Translations under genes and position numbers: made by a program
Source: Monocercomonoides exilis PA203
Taxonomy: Eukaryota > Protista > Preaxostyla
Direction: 5' to 3'
Assembly (NCBI GenBank): GCA_001643675.2
Contig: LSRY02000024.1
Coordinates: 992,001 to 1,056,000 of the forward strand
DNA: 64,000 bases
Notes under the pieces: generated by a model
Databases searched by the model: none
Told to the model about the DNA's origin: nothing
The model's input: only the letters and a program-made list of their open reading frames with translations
In this document: one piece after another, positions 1 to 11,350 of the stretch
Numbering within the stretch: the first letter of the stretch is position 1
Layout of the letters: each line of letters begins with the position of its first letter

Positions 1-3000
1 TCCAGTAGCCACTTTCTCTGTACTCCTTCGTGTTCTCCACCTGCTTGAAGTGTGGCACTGCTGGAATCGCCGCTGCTTTCATCCGCAGCATCGGTGCTCG
101 CTCCATTTTGTAGTTGGCGATAGACATGGGAGCAATGCTATCTTTTTCAAATTCCTTTTCCTTGAATGCCATGCTTGAACTGGATGTGCAGCAAGCATCT
201 TCATCTGCATCCTCGCACTCGCACTCGCACTCTTCTTCGCACACTTCATCGCACTCGTCGTCATCACATGCATCACAGCACTCAAACATCATCTTCTCCT
301 CAGCTCCATTGTCGCACATTGCGCATTCCTCGCATGCTTCTAGTTCAGAGAGAAGCATCTGTTCATCTTCCGCTTCTTCTTCTTCCTCTTGAACTTCTTC
401 TTCCTTTTTATCTTTCTCTTTTTTCTCCTTCTTCGTCTCCAGTCCAGCAGTCAGCGCAACCTCAAACATTCGGCTTTCTCTCTCTCGATTCACAACCTTC
501 GCTTCCATACGCGCCTCAGCATCTTCTACAAACGCAACACACCGCTTTTTGTGCTCGGCAAGCTTCCTTTGCGCTTGTGCGATGCCCTTCTTGTCCTTCC
601 CGCTCTTTTCGTCTGTTGCTTTTCTCACTGCTGCCTCGTACAGCTCCAGCAGCCGCTTCATCACCAAGATCTGCTCAAATGCATTCAGCTGCTCAAACAC
701 CGCTGGATGTGCAAAGCGCTCAAACACGTGCACATCCTCTGAGCCACCCAAGACATAGTCAATCACTCCTTTCTCCTTCTTCCACCGCAGCGACGGCGCC
801 ACATGCTTTGCGAAGAACTGCGGTGCTCGCTTCCACAGCAGCACATGCACCTCGTGGCACGCCATGCTGCCCCACCGCTTCTTCAGCTCTTCCTCGTCTG
901 ATGATCCCTTCTTTCCTTTGCGCTTCTCTTTTTCTTTCTCTTCTGCTCCTTCCTCAGAGTTGCAGCTAACATCCATACGCTCCAAATCTCCAAACAGCTC
1001 TTCAAACTTCCTCAGATCTTCTCTGTAGTTTGAGGGCAAATGCTCGCTTTCGTAAAGTGAAGCATACAATCTTAGAAGCCCCCTCAAGCAGCAGAACGTC
1101 ACATGGCTCGATGATGACAGGTCTTTGATCACTCGCTGCTGCTTCGGCTGCCCTACGCTTATGCAAGACCCAACTCCAACATTCCAATGCCCTTCAGATG
1201 CATCTGCTCCTTCTGCCCCGTTGGTCTCTCCTTCTCCAAGCACCACGTCTGCTATCTTCCGCTCCACCACATGCACATTGCAGTCCAGAGGCGCCATCAG
1301 CCGCATGTCTCTTGTGGCTTCCTCCCCTTTCCCTTCCTTTTTCTGCCCTTGTCTGGTCTTCGCCTCATCAAGCTCCACCGTCTTTGCATCTACGCCTTCC
1401 ACGTCTGTTGCCACAACTTTAAGCTGTCTGTGGACGCACTTCAGCAGCCTCGCTGGAACGACAAGTGTTGCCCTTCTATTTGCATCCACCTTCCCAACCT
1501 TCTGGTTCACCAGCACCATCGTCGGCTCCACCAGAAAGTCGATGCTCTTCCTGTCGCTCACATTCGCCTTGCCAGGCACAGTTGTCCCAGGCAGCATCGT
1601 CACTGCGCCAAAAGCTTTGCCTCCTCCCCAGGCACTGCTATCCTCCGCAAAGCAGTTTGCAGCACCGCCAGCTTCACCTCCTCTGCCACTGAACCGCTCG
1701 CCTTGTGTTGTTCGTGCTTCTTCCCTTCTTGTGTCGCCATTCACAATCGCATTCACCACAAGCCCTGGCGCATCCAGCATCATCCCCACCTTCCTCTCAC
1801 TCCTCTGTCTCTCCAGAATGTATTCCTGCTCGCTTCCCAGCCGTTTCTCATTCTCGTAGAACGACTGTGCTGCCAGATAATTTGTTGCTTTCCCACCGAG
1901 CCATTCAAACCCAGACAGAAGTGTACCTGCATCAAATGCCTCCACCAGCCTCGTTCCAAACAGATGGACTCGTGTCATCTCTGAGCACTCTGACAGTTTT
2001 ATCACCACATCTCCGTTCTTCTCCTGCTTGGCAGACACAATGTGCACCACTCGCTCGTTTTTCCACTTCCCGGTTCGGCATTGCCCTATTAGATGTCTGG
2101 TCATCGTTTCTTTCATTTTCTGCTCCTGTTTGTCGGTCTGATCCTTCATTTCTTTCTCGTTCTCGTTCTCGTTCTCGTTCTCGTTCTGCTTCTGTTTTGC
2201 CTTCTCATTTTCTTTTCTGCCCCATCGCGAAAGAATTGAGATCTTTGTTGTTTTATCGCACTTCCAGTCAAACAGTTCATAGTCTCCTGCTTTTAATATT
2301 CCTGGAAGCACAATCTCTCCCTCAACCACAGCCATCCGCTGTGTCACATCTTCCCCAGGCATCCCATCCACATTCATCAGCATTAAGCTCAGATACTTCT
2401 TCTCTTCTTCCCAGTCTTTGCTCACAAAAGGCAACCTGATCTCCTCTCCTTCCATCGCAACATATGTCTGCTCATCTTCCTCCCTTTCTTCTCCGCCATA
2501 TCGTCCTCTTCCGTCTTCAACAGCAAAGCCCATCACCACTTCATTGCCTAACATGCCAGATTTGACTTGCAAGCGCACTTCTATCCCTGCCACATCCTGC
2601 AACTGTCCCAACTCCACCTCTCCGTTCTCATCGCTCTGCAGATTGATTCCGCGAACACTGTGGTTCGTGACGCAGAACTGGCGCCAATGCAAAGTCAGTG
2701 ACACCTCCTGCTTGCACAGCTTCTCTCCTGCCTTCCCAAACAGCTCCAGCACGTAGCCGCGTCCAGCCTCCCTCCGCAATGCAGCCTGTGCCACATTCAT
2801 TGTCTCATCCACCTGATTCACGCTGAACACTCTCTCCGCAGACACATCCACTTTCCTGCCCAAATCAGACACAATACGCACTGCCCCGCTAACTCGCACA
2901 GCCAGCTGTCTCAGCCCTTCGCCTATCTCGAAACGCACCACACTCACTTCAGCATCGCGAAGCTCCACATCGTCGTATTGCCTTACTGTTGGAACTCCGT

Positions 3001-5053
3001 CCATGTTTGTTGCAGTCACAGTCACATTCACGTTCTCCACCATTGTCACTGACGCTGCTGCTCCGTTGCATCGCAGTTGCGGCTTCAGGACAATATGCGC
3101 CTGTGTGTATCTCGTCAATTCTTCGCGATCAACGTAAATGCCACAACGGAACATATACTCCTCGCGCATGTGCTGCATTTTAACTTGAGAATAAAACTCC
3201 TCTCCTTCATCCCCGATGATAACATCCTTCATAATCGCATTCGTTCTATCATTCCCCGTTCGGTAAGGTACCAATATCTCCCCAGCTTCCAATAGTCCTG
3301 TCTCCTCCGCTGGGTTAGTGGATTTGTTGTACTTTCGGCCATCGATCCAGATGCAGCTCCGCTCCCAATCGACCACTTCGTTCTTTTCAGTCAATATTGT
3401 CACTGCCTGTCCGTGTGCCGTGCAGCGGCTCACCAATCGCAGCGATCCCTTTCGGATGATTGCCCTGCTTGTCAGCCCTGCTCCTGTCAGCACCACCACA
3501 AACACTCCGCGTCTCTTTCCCAACGAAGAGAGCTCCACACGCTCCACATGCCGTACAGCTCGGTTGATCCCGTCAAACTTCATAATACGTTCTTCTGCAG
3601 CAACAAGACCATCAAGAGCCACATTGCTGGTAATCTCTCGCTTCTCCAGCGTGTAATATGACAGTGTATTCATCTCGAACACTTGCACCTTCATCTCCTT
3701 CACATTCTTCACCTTCACGGCCACAAACTGAACGGAATTATCTTCTCCGTCAAACACATTAGGATTCTCATCCGCAAATGCCATCTCCACTCTTCCAGAA
3801 ACACGCTCAATTAGCGCAGTATCCTCCGGTTTTGACACTTTCTCGATGCACTTAAACTGTCCGTCAAGTAGCTTCGCTTCCACAAACAAATCGTGCAGCA
3901 TTTCTTTCTGTACATACTCCTCAAATTCGCTTGTGTTGTCTGCCGTGCGAAGGAATTCAAGTAGATACCTTCGAATAACCTCGTCTGCTCTATTATACCA
4001 CTCACCTCCAGTTACTCTTCTGCAAATGCTATTTAGCACCTTACTAAACATTTCCCTGTCCATAGAGCAATACTCTTTAGAATGCCTTCGATCACTCTTC
4101 TCTGGCAACTGAAGAAGAGCCACATTCGATTGTGGGATTGCAAGATATTCTAAAAATCTATTTTTCTTGAATACTCCATGTTTTGCTTCAAACGCTAAGC
4201 AGCCAAGCATCAGTCCAGCCTTTTTACCACTACTAACAGCCGGAAGTCTTACTGCAAAATTCCACACAGCATCGTAGTATCGTTGTTGCGCTTCCATGTC
4301 AGTTTCAAACTCAATTTCACCACATGGTTTCAAGCTGTTTACATAATGTTCAATAAACATATTGTCTTGAAGAACATCTTCAAACATAGCCATGATTGTC
4401 TCTAGCTGCTCTCTTGTAAAGTTTATTCTTATTTGGCTGTACTTTCCTCCGCTTTCCAGAAACTTCATAACTAAGTCAAGCATGTTAGGAAGGGTTGCAT
4501 TTGGCAATTTATTGAAAAATTGTTTTAAACCATCGGAATCAAAATTGAAGTGTGATACTCGAAATAGCCCCTCAGAATTTAGATCAGAAACAAAGTTATT
4601 TTCGTATGCAATGCTTTCAACAGCTTTATCAAAATCAGACTTCACTGGATCCAAAAAAGTTGCCTTAACTGCACCTGATGCATTTGCGATTCTTGCAATC
4701 GCTCCCACTTCTCGTGTGTGGTTGTAGGACATGTGTAGAATGTCTTCTCGAAGGTATTTCACAATTTCAGCCTTCTTTTTTTCATCACTTGCAGAAAACG
4801 AAATCATTCCTCGTCGAAGTTGGAGAAGCTTCCAAACATTATCCCCGCGATATTTCAGCGCTTTTAATTGTGTCATCAAATGCCGTTCTTCTCCTGTTTC
4901 TTCTTCTGGGAATGTCAATTGCTCATTCAAAATTCCGTAATATAATCGCTCCACCGAGTTTGGAGTCAACTCTTCCACCACCTTTTTCCTTTCCTCACAA
5001 GTTTTTGCTAAAACAAAACTTTCCAAAAACGCAATATCAACAGATTCGCTCAT
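1..5053 (-). CDS. Giant AbpF-like protein (family of Dictyostelium actin-binding protein F and large Planctomycete hypothetical proteins); 3' end lies outside the window
   Basis: ATG at 5053 (MSESVDIAFLESFVLAKTCEERKKVVEELTPNSVERLYY). The frame stays open for 1684 codons to the window edge (...HFKQVENTKEYRESGYW), so it is absent from the ORF track. Motifs recognised from memory of the family: VKVKNVKEMKVQVFEMNTLSYY, VALDGLVA, RGVFVVVLTGAGLTSRAIIRKGSLR. No intron is needed. Confidence 0.75.
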   Translation of the reverse strand, partial: MSESVDIAFLESFVLAKTCEERKKVVEELTPNSVERLYYGILNEQLTFPEEETGEERHLMTQLKALKYRGDNVWKLLQLRRGMISFSASDEKKKAEIVKYLREDILHMSYNHTREVGAIARIANASGAVKATFLDPVKSDFDKAVESIAYENNFVSDLNSEGLFRVSHFNFDSDGLKQFFNKLPNATLPNMLDLVMKFLESGGKYSQIRINFTREQLETIMAMFEDVLQDNMFIEHYVNSLKPCGEIEFETDMEAQQRYYDAVWNFAVRLPAVSSGKKAGLMLGCLAFEAKHGVFKKNRFLEYLAIPQSNVALLQLPEKSDRRHSKEYCSMDREMFSKVLNSICRRVTGGEWYNRADEVIRRYLLEFLRTADNTSEFEEYVQKEMLHDLFVEAKLLDGQFKCIEKVSKPEDTALIERVSGRVEMAFADENPNVFDGEDNSVQFVAVKVKNVKEMKVQVFEMNTLSYYTLEKREITSNVALDGLVAAEERIMKFDGINRAVRHVERVELSSLGKRRGVFVVVLTGAGLTSRAIIRKGSLRLVSRCTAHGQAVTILTEKNEVVDWERSCIWIDGRKYNKSTNPAEETGLLEAGEILVPYRTGNDRTNAIMKDVIIGDEGEEFYSQVKMQHMREEYMFRCGIYVDREELTRYTQAHIVLKPQLRCNGAAASVTMVENVNVTVTATNMDGVPTVRQYDDVELRDAEVSVVRFEIGEGLRQLAVRVSGAVRIVSDLGRKVDVSAERVFSVNQVDETMNVAQAALRREAGRGYVLELFGKAGEKLCKQEVSLTLHWRQFCVTNHSVRGINLQSDENGEVELGQLQDVAGIEVRLQVKSGMLGNEVVMGFAVEDGRGRYGGEEREEDEQTYVAMEGEEIRLPFVSKDWEEEKKYLSLMLMNVDGMPGEDVTQRMAVVEGEIVLPGILKAGDYELFDWKCDKTTKISILSRWGRKENEKAKQKQNENENENENEKEMKDQTDKQEQKMKETMTRHLIGQCRTGKWKNERVVHIVSAKQEKNGDVVIKLSECSEMTRVHLFGTRLVEAFDAGTLLSGFEWLGGKATNYLAAQSFYENEKRLGSEQEYILERQRSERKVGMMLDAPGLVVNAIVNGDTRREEARTTQGERFSGRGGEAGGAANCFAEDSSAWGGGKAFGAVTMLPGTTVPGKANVSDRKSIDFLVEPTMVLVNQKVGKVDANRRATLVVPARLLKCVHRQLKVVATDVEGVDAKTVELDEAKTRQGQKKEGKGEEATRDMRLMAPLDCNVHVVERKIADVVLGEGETNGAEGADASEGHWNVGVGSCISVGQPKQQRVIKDLSSSSHVTFCCLRGLLRLYASLYESEHLPSNYREDLRKFEELFGDLERMDVSCNSEEGAEEKEKEKRKGKKGSSDEEELKKRWGSMACHEVHVLLWKRAPQFFAKHVAPSLRWKKEKGVIDYVLGGSEDVHVFERFAHPAVFEQLNAFEQILVMKRLLELYEAAVRKATDEKSGKDKKGIAQAQRKLAEHKKRCVAFVEDAEARMEAKVVNRERESRMFEVALTAGLETKKEKKEKDKKEEEVQEEEEEAEDEQMLLSELEACEECAMCDNGAEEKMMFECCDACDDDECDEVCEEECECECEDADEDACCTSSSSMAFKEKEFEKDSIAPMSIANYKMERAPMLRMKAAAIPAVPHFKQVENTKEYRESGYW

Positions 5054-6197
5054 AAATAAAATCGTTGTAACGATCAAGCCCATTAAGAAATTTACATTTG
5101 GTTAAAACTTAATTCTAAACAAAAATTATGCAATTATGAAAAACACTGAGATTAGTTCGAAAGTGTTTTTACAACTATATAATAACGAGTTTTTCGTTTC
5201 AACTCAATATATATCGAAAAATTCAGAAAATGTGCAAAATATTTTACATTATTGCATCAAAAAATTTTCTTGAAGCTAAATATTATGTCCCGTTTGGATT
5301 TTTGAACAACAATATTTTACAATAATATCGAATACTCGATTGCACATACCAATTAACTTGAATAAAATAATACAAACATCTATGACGTATACTTTTTAGA
5401 GTGTGAAGAATTTTATATATATTTTCCAGTGGAAAAAAAAAAGACGATATAATTATTTTCCAAACACTTTGCTGACATAGGAAAAATGCATATATTATTT
5501 TGAACAATACATGTTTGTCAGTTACAAACAAAGACATGCTAATAGTCTTTTTTTCAAAAAAATTGAAAAAAAAAATGAATAATTTATTTACGACAACCAA
5601 TTTTTTTCTCTTCTTCATTGAATATTTTCTTGAGTGAATTGATGCTTTTTTCTCTTTCTTTAACTTTTCTTTCTTTTTTTCTTTGTTTTATCATTCAACA
5701 TTCATCTTTCATTTGCAAATCTTAATGATTCAACGGCATCTCTTTTGATCTACTTGTTTGAGTCACACTGGATCAGTAAAATATTAGATCCAGAATATTT
5801 ATCGGGGACTATTTATTCTGAATCCTAAAAAAATATTTTTTTCAGTAAAAACAAAAAATAGGAAAGCTTTAGATTATTATTCTTCACTATTTTCGATAAT
5901 ATTCTTTTTATTTGAAGAATGATTACGAATTTTTAATTTATTTTTTTGAATAAAAGACTTTTTATTTTTTCGACGTGCTTTATGTTTCAAGCGTTCCAAG
6001 TGTTGTTATTACTATTAAACTCAACTTTTTGATGTTTTGAGTGATTTTTCAATGTTTTACACTTCGCTATTTAAACAACTGTTTCCAATTAACGATATTA
6101 TGTTGATTAAAAAAAACATTAAATTTTCCAAGATATTTCATTATAAAAATGAGGAAAATAATAAATAATCAACATTAAATGGTTTTCAAAAGGAATA

Positions 6198-6646
6198 CAG
6201 TCGAAACCGGATATAATCACGTCGAATATAATCAACATCGTTTCTGTCACATTTTTCGATGAACCGACATTTTTGGCCTATTTTTCATTCATTTTCAATC
6301 GCATATAATCACAGGACAGAAAATATATTATCACATTTTTTGTTATTATGGGTGCTTTTTTCAATGAAAAATTGATTTTTTGATCGAAATTCTCAGTTTT
6401 TTGATTTTTCAAAATTATGCTTTAATAAGTCTAAATAACATGATAAAATCCAAAACATTGTTTTTTCTATTGAAAAATGAGTTTCAATGAAAAATCTTCA
6501 AAAATCAAAAATTTGACCCAAAACTAATAAAATAATTTATTAATTTTTATTTTTTTCTGTGTAAAGCAGCATCGTATATTATCACAATCGGATATAGTCA
6601 CAAAAAGTTGTGCATAAACCGATGTGATTATATCCGGTTTAGACTG
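6198..6646. mobile_element. Non-autonomous MITE of the pogo/Tc1-mariner superfamily (449 bp)
   Basis: Left end CAGTCGAAACCGGATATAATCACGTCG (6198-6224). The right end, reverse-complemented, is CAGTCTAAACCGGATATAATCACATCG (6620-6646), 25/27 identical. TA dinucleotides flank both ends (6196-6197, 6647-6648). ATATAATCAC-like motifs recur internally. No transposase ORF inside. Confidence 0.88.
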
Positions 6647-6709
6647 TATATGAAAAAATAGATTATAAATATATTTTATGTTATAAAGTGTTTGTTTTTC
6701 TTCCAAATA

Positions 6710-7944
6710 ATGAGCGAAGACAAAAATTATTTGCTTCGTGAAATCGATCGATTTCACTTATGAATGGGATTTTTTTTCATTGAAAAAACGAAAAAGTGCT
6801 CGATGAAGCATCAGATTCAAACAGTTAACTTGCTCTTCCTGTGAAACTGTCCAAGAATCAATTTAAGTGTTTATCAATTTTGAGAAATTTTAAATATGTG
6901 TGTTTTTAAAAAATCATCAAAAACAAGCCAAAATGCAGAAGGCACAGAATTGAAATGGATTTAAGGCGTTACTACGGAAGGATGATTTGGGCCTACAGAA
7001 AATGCAGCAACAGGCAATCGGCATGCAAGAAAACATCTTTTGATCGAAGCAGGATACCAATAAATGCGATTTTGTTAATAATCCTATTTTTTTTGAAATG
7101 GTTCTTGTGTAATATTTTGTTCGGAAATATTGTGGAAACATTTGAACTCTGTGTCAAATTGGTCATCCGTTATGAGGTGTTGCGCGATAGACATTATGAA
7201 TCAGAATGAAACAATTCTTTGAGGCGAAAACATTATTGTTGAAATAGATAAATATGTTTTGAGGAGAACAGAATATCATGGAGGAAGAAAAAAGAAACAT
7301 ATGTGGGTCTTCGGAGCAGCGGAGAGAAAGAAAAATAAAATGGATGAAACAAGGATTTTTTTTTTGTCATGATTGTATCAGACAGTTCTTCTTCGACGTT
7401 GATTCCTATCATTCAAAAGCACATTCTTTTGCATTCAAAAATAATGTCGGATAAATGAAAAACATATTCATTTTATACTCTTCTTGGACACAATCATCAA
7501 ACAGCGTACCATTAGAGAAAACGAAATGACGAAGAAACTCATGCATGCACAAATACAATCGAAGGATTTTGGAGCCATATGAGAAGTTTTTTCACTCCCC
7601 ATGGAATTCGAGAAAAATATGTTGCTGATCAACTTGCTTTTTGGATGATTAATAAGAGAAAGATTGTGAGATTTGAAGTATTTGTATCAAAAATTGTTTT
7701 TCACAAAGAAAAACAAACAGAAGAAGCTGAAGAAAATGAAGAAACAAAAGAGAATATAAAAGAAATAACTGATTTTGATAATTTTCTTTTTTCAAATGAT
7801 AGCAAAACAAATGAAACTGATTTTATTGACATAGACGATTGTTTTCTGCATCTGAGCATTCAGAAAACTCATGAAGATAAAATATTAAATTTATTTTTTG
7901 AATTTTCATCACTAACTTTTTTTCATTTTGTGTCAAATATTTGA
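6710..7944 (+). pseudogene. Degenerate Merlin / IS1595 (ISXO2-like) DDE transposase
   Basis: Translated fragments: KPKCRRHRIEMDL..IWAYRKC..TSFDRSRIP (decayed Zn-ribbon); L*GENIIVEIDKYVLRRTEYHGGRKKKHMWVFGAAER (7238-7326); a frameshift; VSDSSSSTLIPIIQKHI; IMSDK*KTY; ACTNTIEGFWSHMR. These match the Merlin VEIDE / WVFG / SDxWxxY / TNxIEGxW motifs, with stops and a frameshift. Boundaries are approximate. Confidence 0.85.
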
Positions 7945-8099
7945 CTCATTTTCATATTTTTGAATAATTTAAAATTAATTTTTACAAACTTTCGCATGTT
8001 TTTATTTACTCATAAAGTCATAAATGGCATTAACAATCAATTAACAAACGAAATAAGCAAGAATTAGAAATTGCTGTTAAGTGTGCATATGCCTTTGCT

Positions 8100-11000
8100 T
8101 CATCATCTTCAAAAAAGAAAAGAGAAAAAGAAAAATTGCAAGTTAAAAGCCTCATTTTTTTTTGATTGTTGTTATCTCATATTCTTTCTGTTTCTCCCAA
8201 CAAACACATTTCAAAGGCTGTTGGCACAATTGGCTTCGGCTTTTAAAAAAACTTTGATGTTGAAGAGACAAACAAAAGGCAAAGTTCATTTCTTGATGCC
8301 AAATCTTTCGTTCTCTTTTCTCTCTTTCGGATGAAGTGTGGCAACTTTCTTCCTCACTTTTTTTCTTTTTCTTCTTTTTTGCCTTCCCTTGCTCTTTCCC
8401 CTGCTCAATCTTTTCTCTCATTCCCCATTTTAGAGCTGCTCTTCTCCAATTCTTTTTTCCTTTCCTTTTCTGCTTTGTTCCCTCGGTCATAATCTCTTTC
8501 CTCTTGCTTTTTTCCTTCTTTTCCTCTTCCTCTCTCATCCTCTTCCTCTTCCTTCTCGTCATTCCATCTCCAAATTAATCTTCTCTTTTGACTCTCTCTT
8601 TCACATTCGCTCCTGTCTTCTCTGCTTCTGCTCCTTCTTTCCCTCTCTTTTCTCGAAGCCATCCTCTTTCTCTTCCTCTCCCTCTTCCTCTTCTGTCTGT
8701 ATCCATCACTCCATCCGCTTTCTGTTTTGCTTCTGCTATCGCTCTCACTCTCACTCTCTCTCAGGCTTCTGCTTCTTCTCCTTCTCCTTTTCATTCTTCT
8801 CCTTCTGCTTTCACTTCCACTTTCACTTTCACTTTTTCCACAACTTTCCCCACCACTTCTTCCATCCATGCTTTCAGTGCTTTTTTCAACAAAAAACTTC
8901 TTCAATCCTTCACTCTGTTTTTTCTTTTCCTGCATCGTTATTCCTTTCATCGTTATTCCTTTCATCTTCTTTCTCTCAACCTCTTCTCCTTCTGAATCTG
9001 AAACAGAGTTGTCTTCAGAGATTCTTCTTCTGCCTTTGCTGATTCTGCCTCTCTCTCTGCTTCTTCCTCTGCCTCTTCCTCTGCCTCTTCCTCTGCATTT
9101 GCCTCTGCATTTGCTCTCAGAACTCCTTGTGCTTCTGCTTCTGCTCTCATCACTGCTCTCATCACTGCATTCACTTTCGCTCTCCTTTCCTCCTTCTCTT
9201 TTTCCCTTTCTGCTGATCATCCGCTGAGCTGTCTCCTGAACATGCTCCTCCAATTTGTGGATCAGCGGGCGCAGCCCAATGGCCTCGAAGAAACGAATCG
9301 CAAACCGCGCAGATCGTGGATTCTCCATCGGAAACAGCCCCACAAAAAACTGCCCCATGGTTTCGTCATCCAGCCGCTTCTGCAGTTTCTCCAGCCCCAT
9401 TTCTGATTGCATCGTCTGCAACATGTACTTCAGGAAGATTCTCCTGCAAGGCGTCGTGTCTGCCTCGCTCAGCTTCACATACTCCAGCACAGCCCATGGA
9501 AGAGCATTCAGCGCCAGCAAGTTCCCAAAGAACATCCCAATCTTCTGGATCTTCTTTGTGTCTGCGCGCGCAATCAATCCTCGCTGCCCGGTCTCCACAT
9601 TCCCATATTCCACAACAAAGCATTCATCCAACGCTTCCTGGTACACTCTATCCAACAAACACAGCTTCTGCGCAATAGTGTGGAAAAGAGGGTTGTATGC
9701 CCTTTCTTGCGCACAGCATTCAATCAGCATCAGAGCCACCTCCATCTCCATTCCTTCAGCCGCACCAGGTGAAAGGATGTTGTGTGTGCACTCGTCTGCA
9801 CTGGTAGATGACGTTAAAAGAAGATAAAGCTTCTTGCGGGATTCAACTTTCTTCTGCTCCGCTTCTTCTGCACTTCCAACTTCTGCAGCCAGCTTCGAAT
9901 CGCTGTGCCTCTCTGTCTTTGAACCACCTCCAGATCTTCTTCCTCCTCCGCTTCCCTTTCCTCTCTCTTCTTCCTCCTTTGCTTCTTCATCCCTTTCCCC
10001 GTCTGACTCGTCCTCGCTCGTCCCACTTTCGGATTCAAATTCTGCACCCTCCAGAATGCGTCTCTTTATTTGCTCATATTTCGCATTGTTCTGCTGATAA
10101 TTCTGCTCAAAGCGAAACACGTCTGGCAAGGCAGCATCATTGGCCCAGCATCGCAGTGGCAAGCATATTCAATCATCAGGCCAAAATTCAGTCGATTGCA
10201 ATAAGTTCATTTTTTTTTTAAAAAAAGAAATAAAATAAATATTCAGAGAAAAGAAAAATAAAAAGAAAATCGAGCAAACCCAACTCTGAATGGGGATCCA
10301 AGTTCGGTGAATCCAAAAGAATGTCATTGTGTGTTATTTGGTCTTCCGAGCTCACAATGTTCAGTTCTGGTGCAACAGAAGGATGCTCTTTGAATCCACG
10401 CTTCCTGACTGCCATCAGCCTTTCTATCACAAACTCCACTCGCTCTGGCATCTCTCCTTCCTGCAACAGCTCTCGAAAGCTGTCGAACACTTTCGAGACA
10501 GCTGCTGGCTCAATCTCGGTGAGAAGACTGCCCACTTCTTTCATAAAGCTTGCGCCGATCTCGACAGCGCTGTCAGTCGCACGAGAAATAAGGAGCGTGA
10601 TTATTTCTAGCACAAGAACAGGAGAAGCAACAAGATAGTTAAAAAGGTGTGCAATAAACAACGCTGCCGCTTCACAAACCGGTTTATCCCCTCGCTCCAA
10701 TGCTCCTTTGAACCTCCCAACCAGGCGAACAAGAACCAGCTCGCCAACAGCCGGAAGCCGAGTGTTTATCGCTGCCACAACAGCCGCATAAACACGCGTG
10801 AACATCGGCGCTGCTGCTTGTGCCTTCACCACGCTCCGCGAAAACACCCCTATTCACCCCAAAAAATAAAACAAAAAAAAAAAAAAGCAGTTGTCATTTT
10901 TCAAAGCACCTTCAAATGAGCTGAAAGCAATCTGCAAACCTCTTCCACGAATCAGATTTTGCTCAAAAAGCATTTTCACAATTTCCCTCACATTCGACGC

Positions 11001-11350
11001 ATTAACCTAAAAGGAATAAATTTCGCAAACAAACAACCATCGTCCAACCTTGTTCACAAGCCCATTGATTCCTTTTCTCAGCTTTATCCACTGCAGCCGC
11101 TGATACTCCGCAGAGCAATCATCTTCATTCTTTTGCACCAATTCTGCTAATTTTGCAGGCGGTTGATACGCCAATGGCTTTTCCATGTGTCGCTGATTAA
11201 AAAAAGATGAAAACACAATCGTTTGATCTTCGACCCTATATATAATTGATTGAAACCTTTGTTCAGATTTAGAAGAAATATTAACATTAAGCGTTTTGTT
11301 CCACTCAACACTATTTAATATTTTATCAGATTTTAAATTTCTCCACATTT
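8100..11350 (-). repeat. Left arm of a ~3.2-kb inverted segmental duplication (partner 35244-38497)
   Basis: Core positions pair as p+q=46594 (8405/38189, 10162/36432, 10847/35747, 11007/35587). The translated ORFs are identical. Arm edges are more diverged. Confidence 0.95.
8405..11186 (-). CDS. CWC22: Pre-mRNA splicing factor CWC22 (MIF4G + MA3 domains, R/S/E-rich tail), copy 1; 4 exons
   Basis: AYQPPAKL..EYQRLQWIKLRKGINGLVNK|VNASNV..NLIRGRG|VFSRSVVKAQAAAPMFTRVYAAVVAAINTRLP..; MA3 region LIECCAQERAY, RRIFLKYMLQ, ARFAIRFFEAIGL. Exons 11186-11049, 11006-10940, 10849-10280, 10122-8405, mirrored from copy 2. Confidence 0.95.

Noticed and set aside
79-5055. Many plus-strand ORFs in the first 5 kb
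   Set aside because: They are antisense shadows of the long minus-strand AbpF-like frame, with low-complexity S/L/F-rich translations and no motifs.
5765-5825. Small hairpins (CTGGATC..GATCCAG; CAGAATA..TATTCTG) as an ncRNA or Merlin terminus
   Set aside because: The stems are only 7 bp in AT-rich DNA, and no matching partner end was found.
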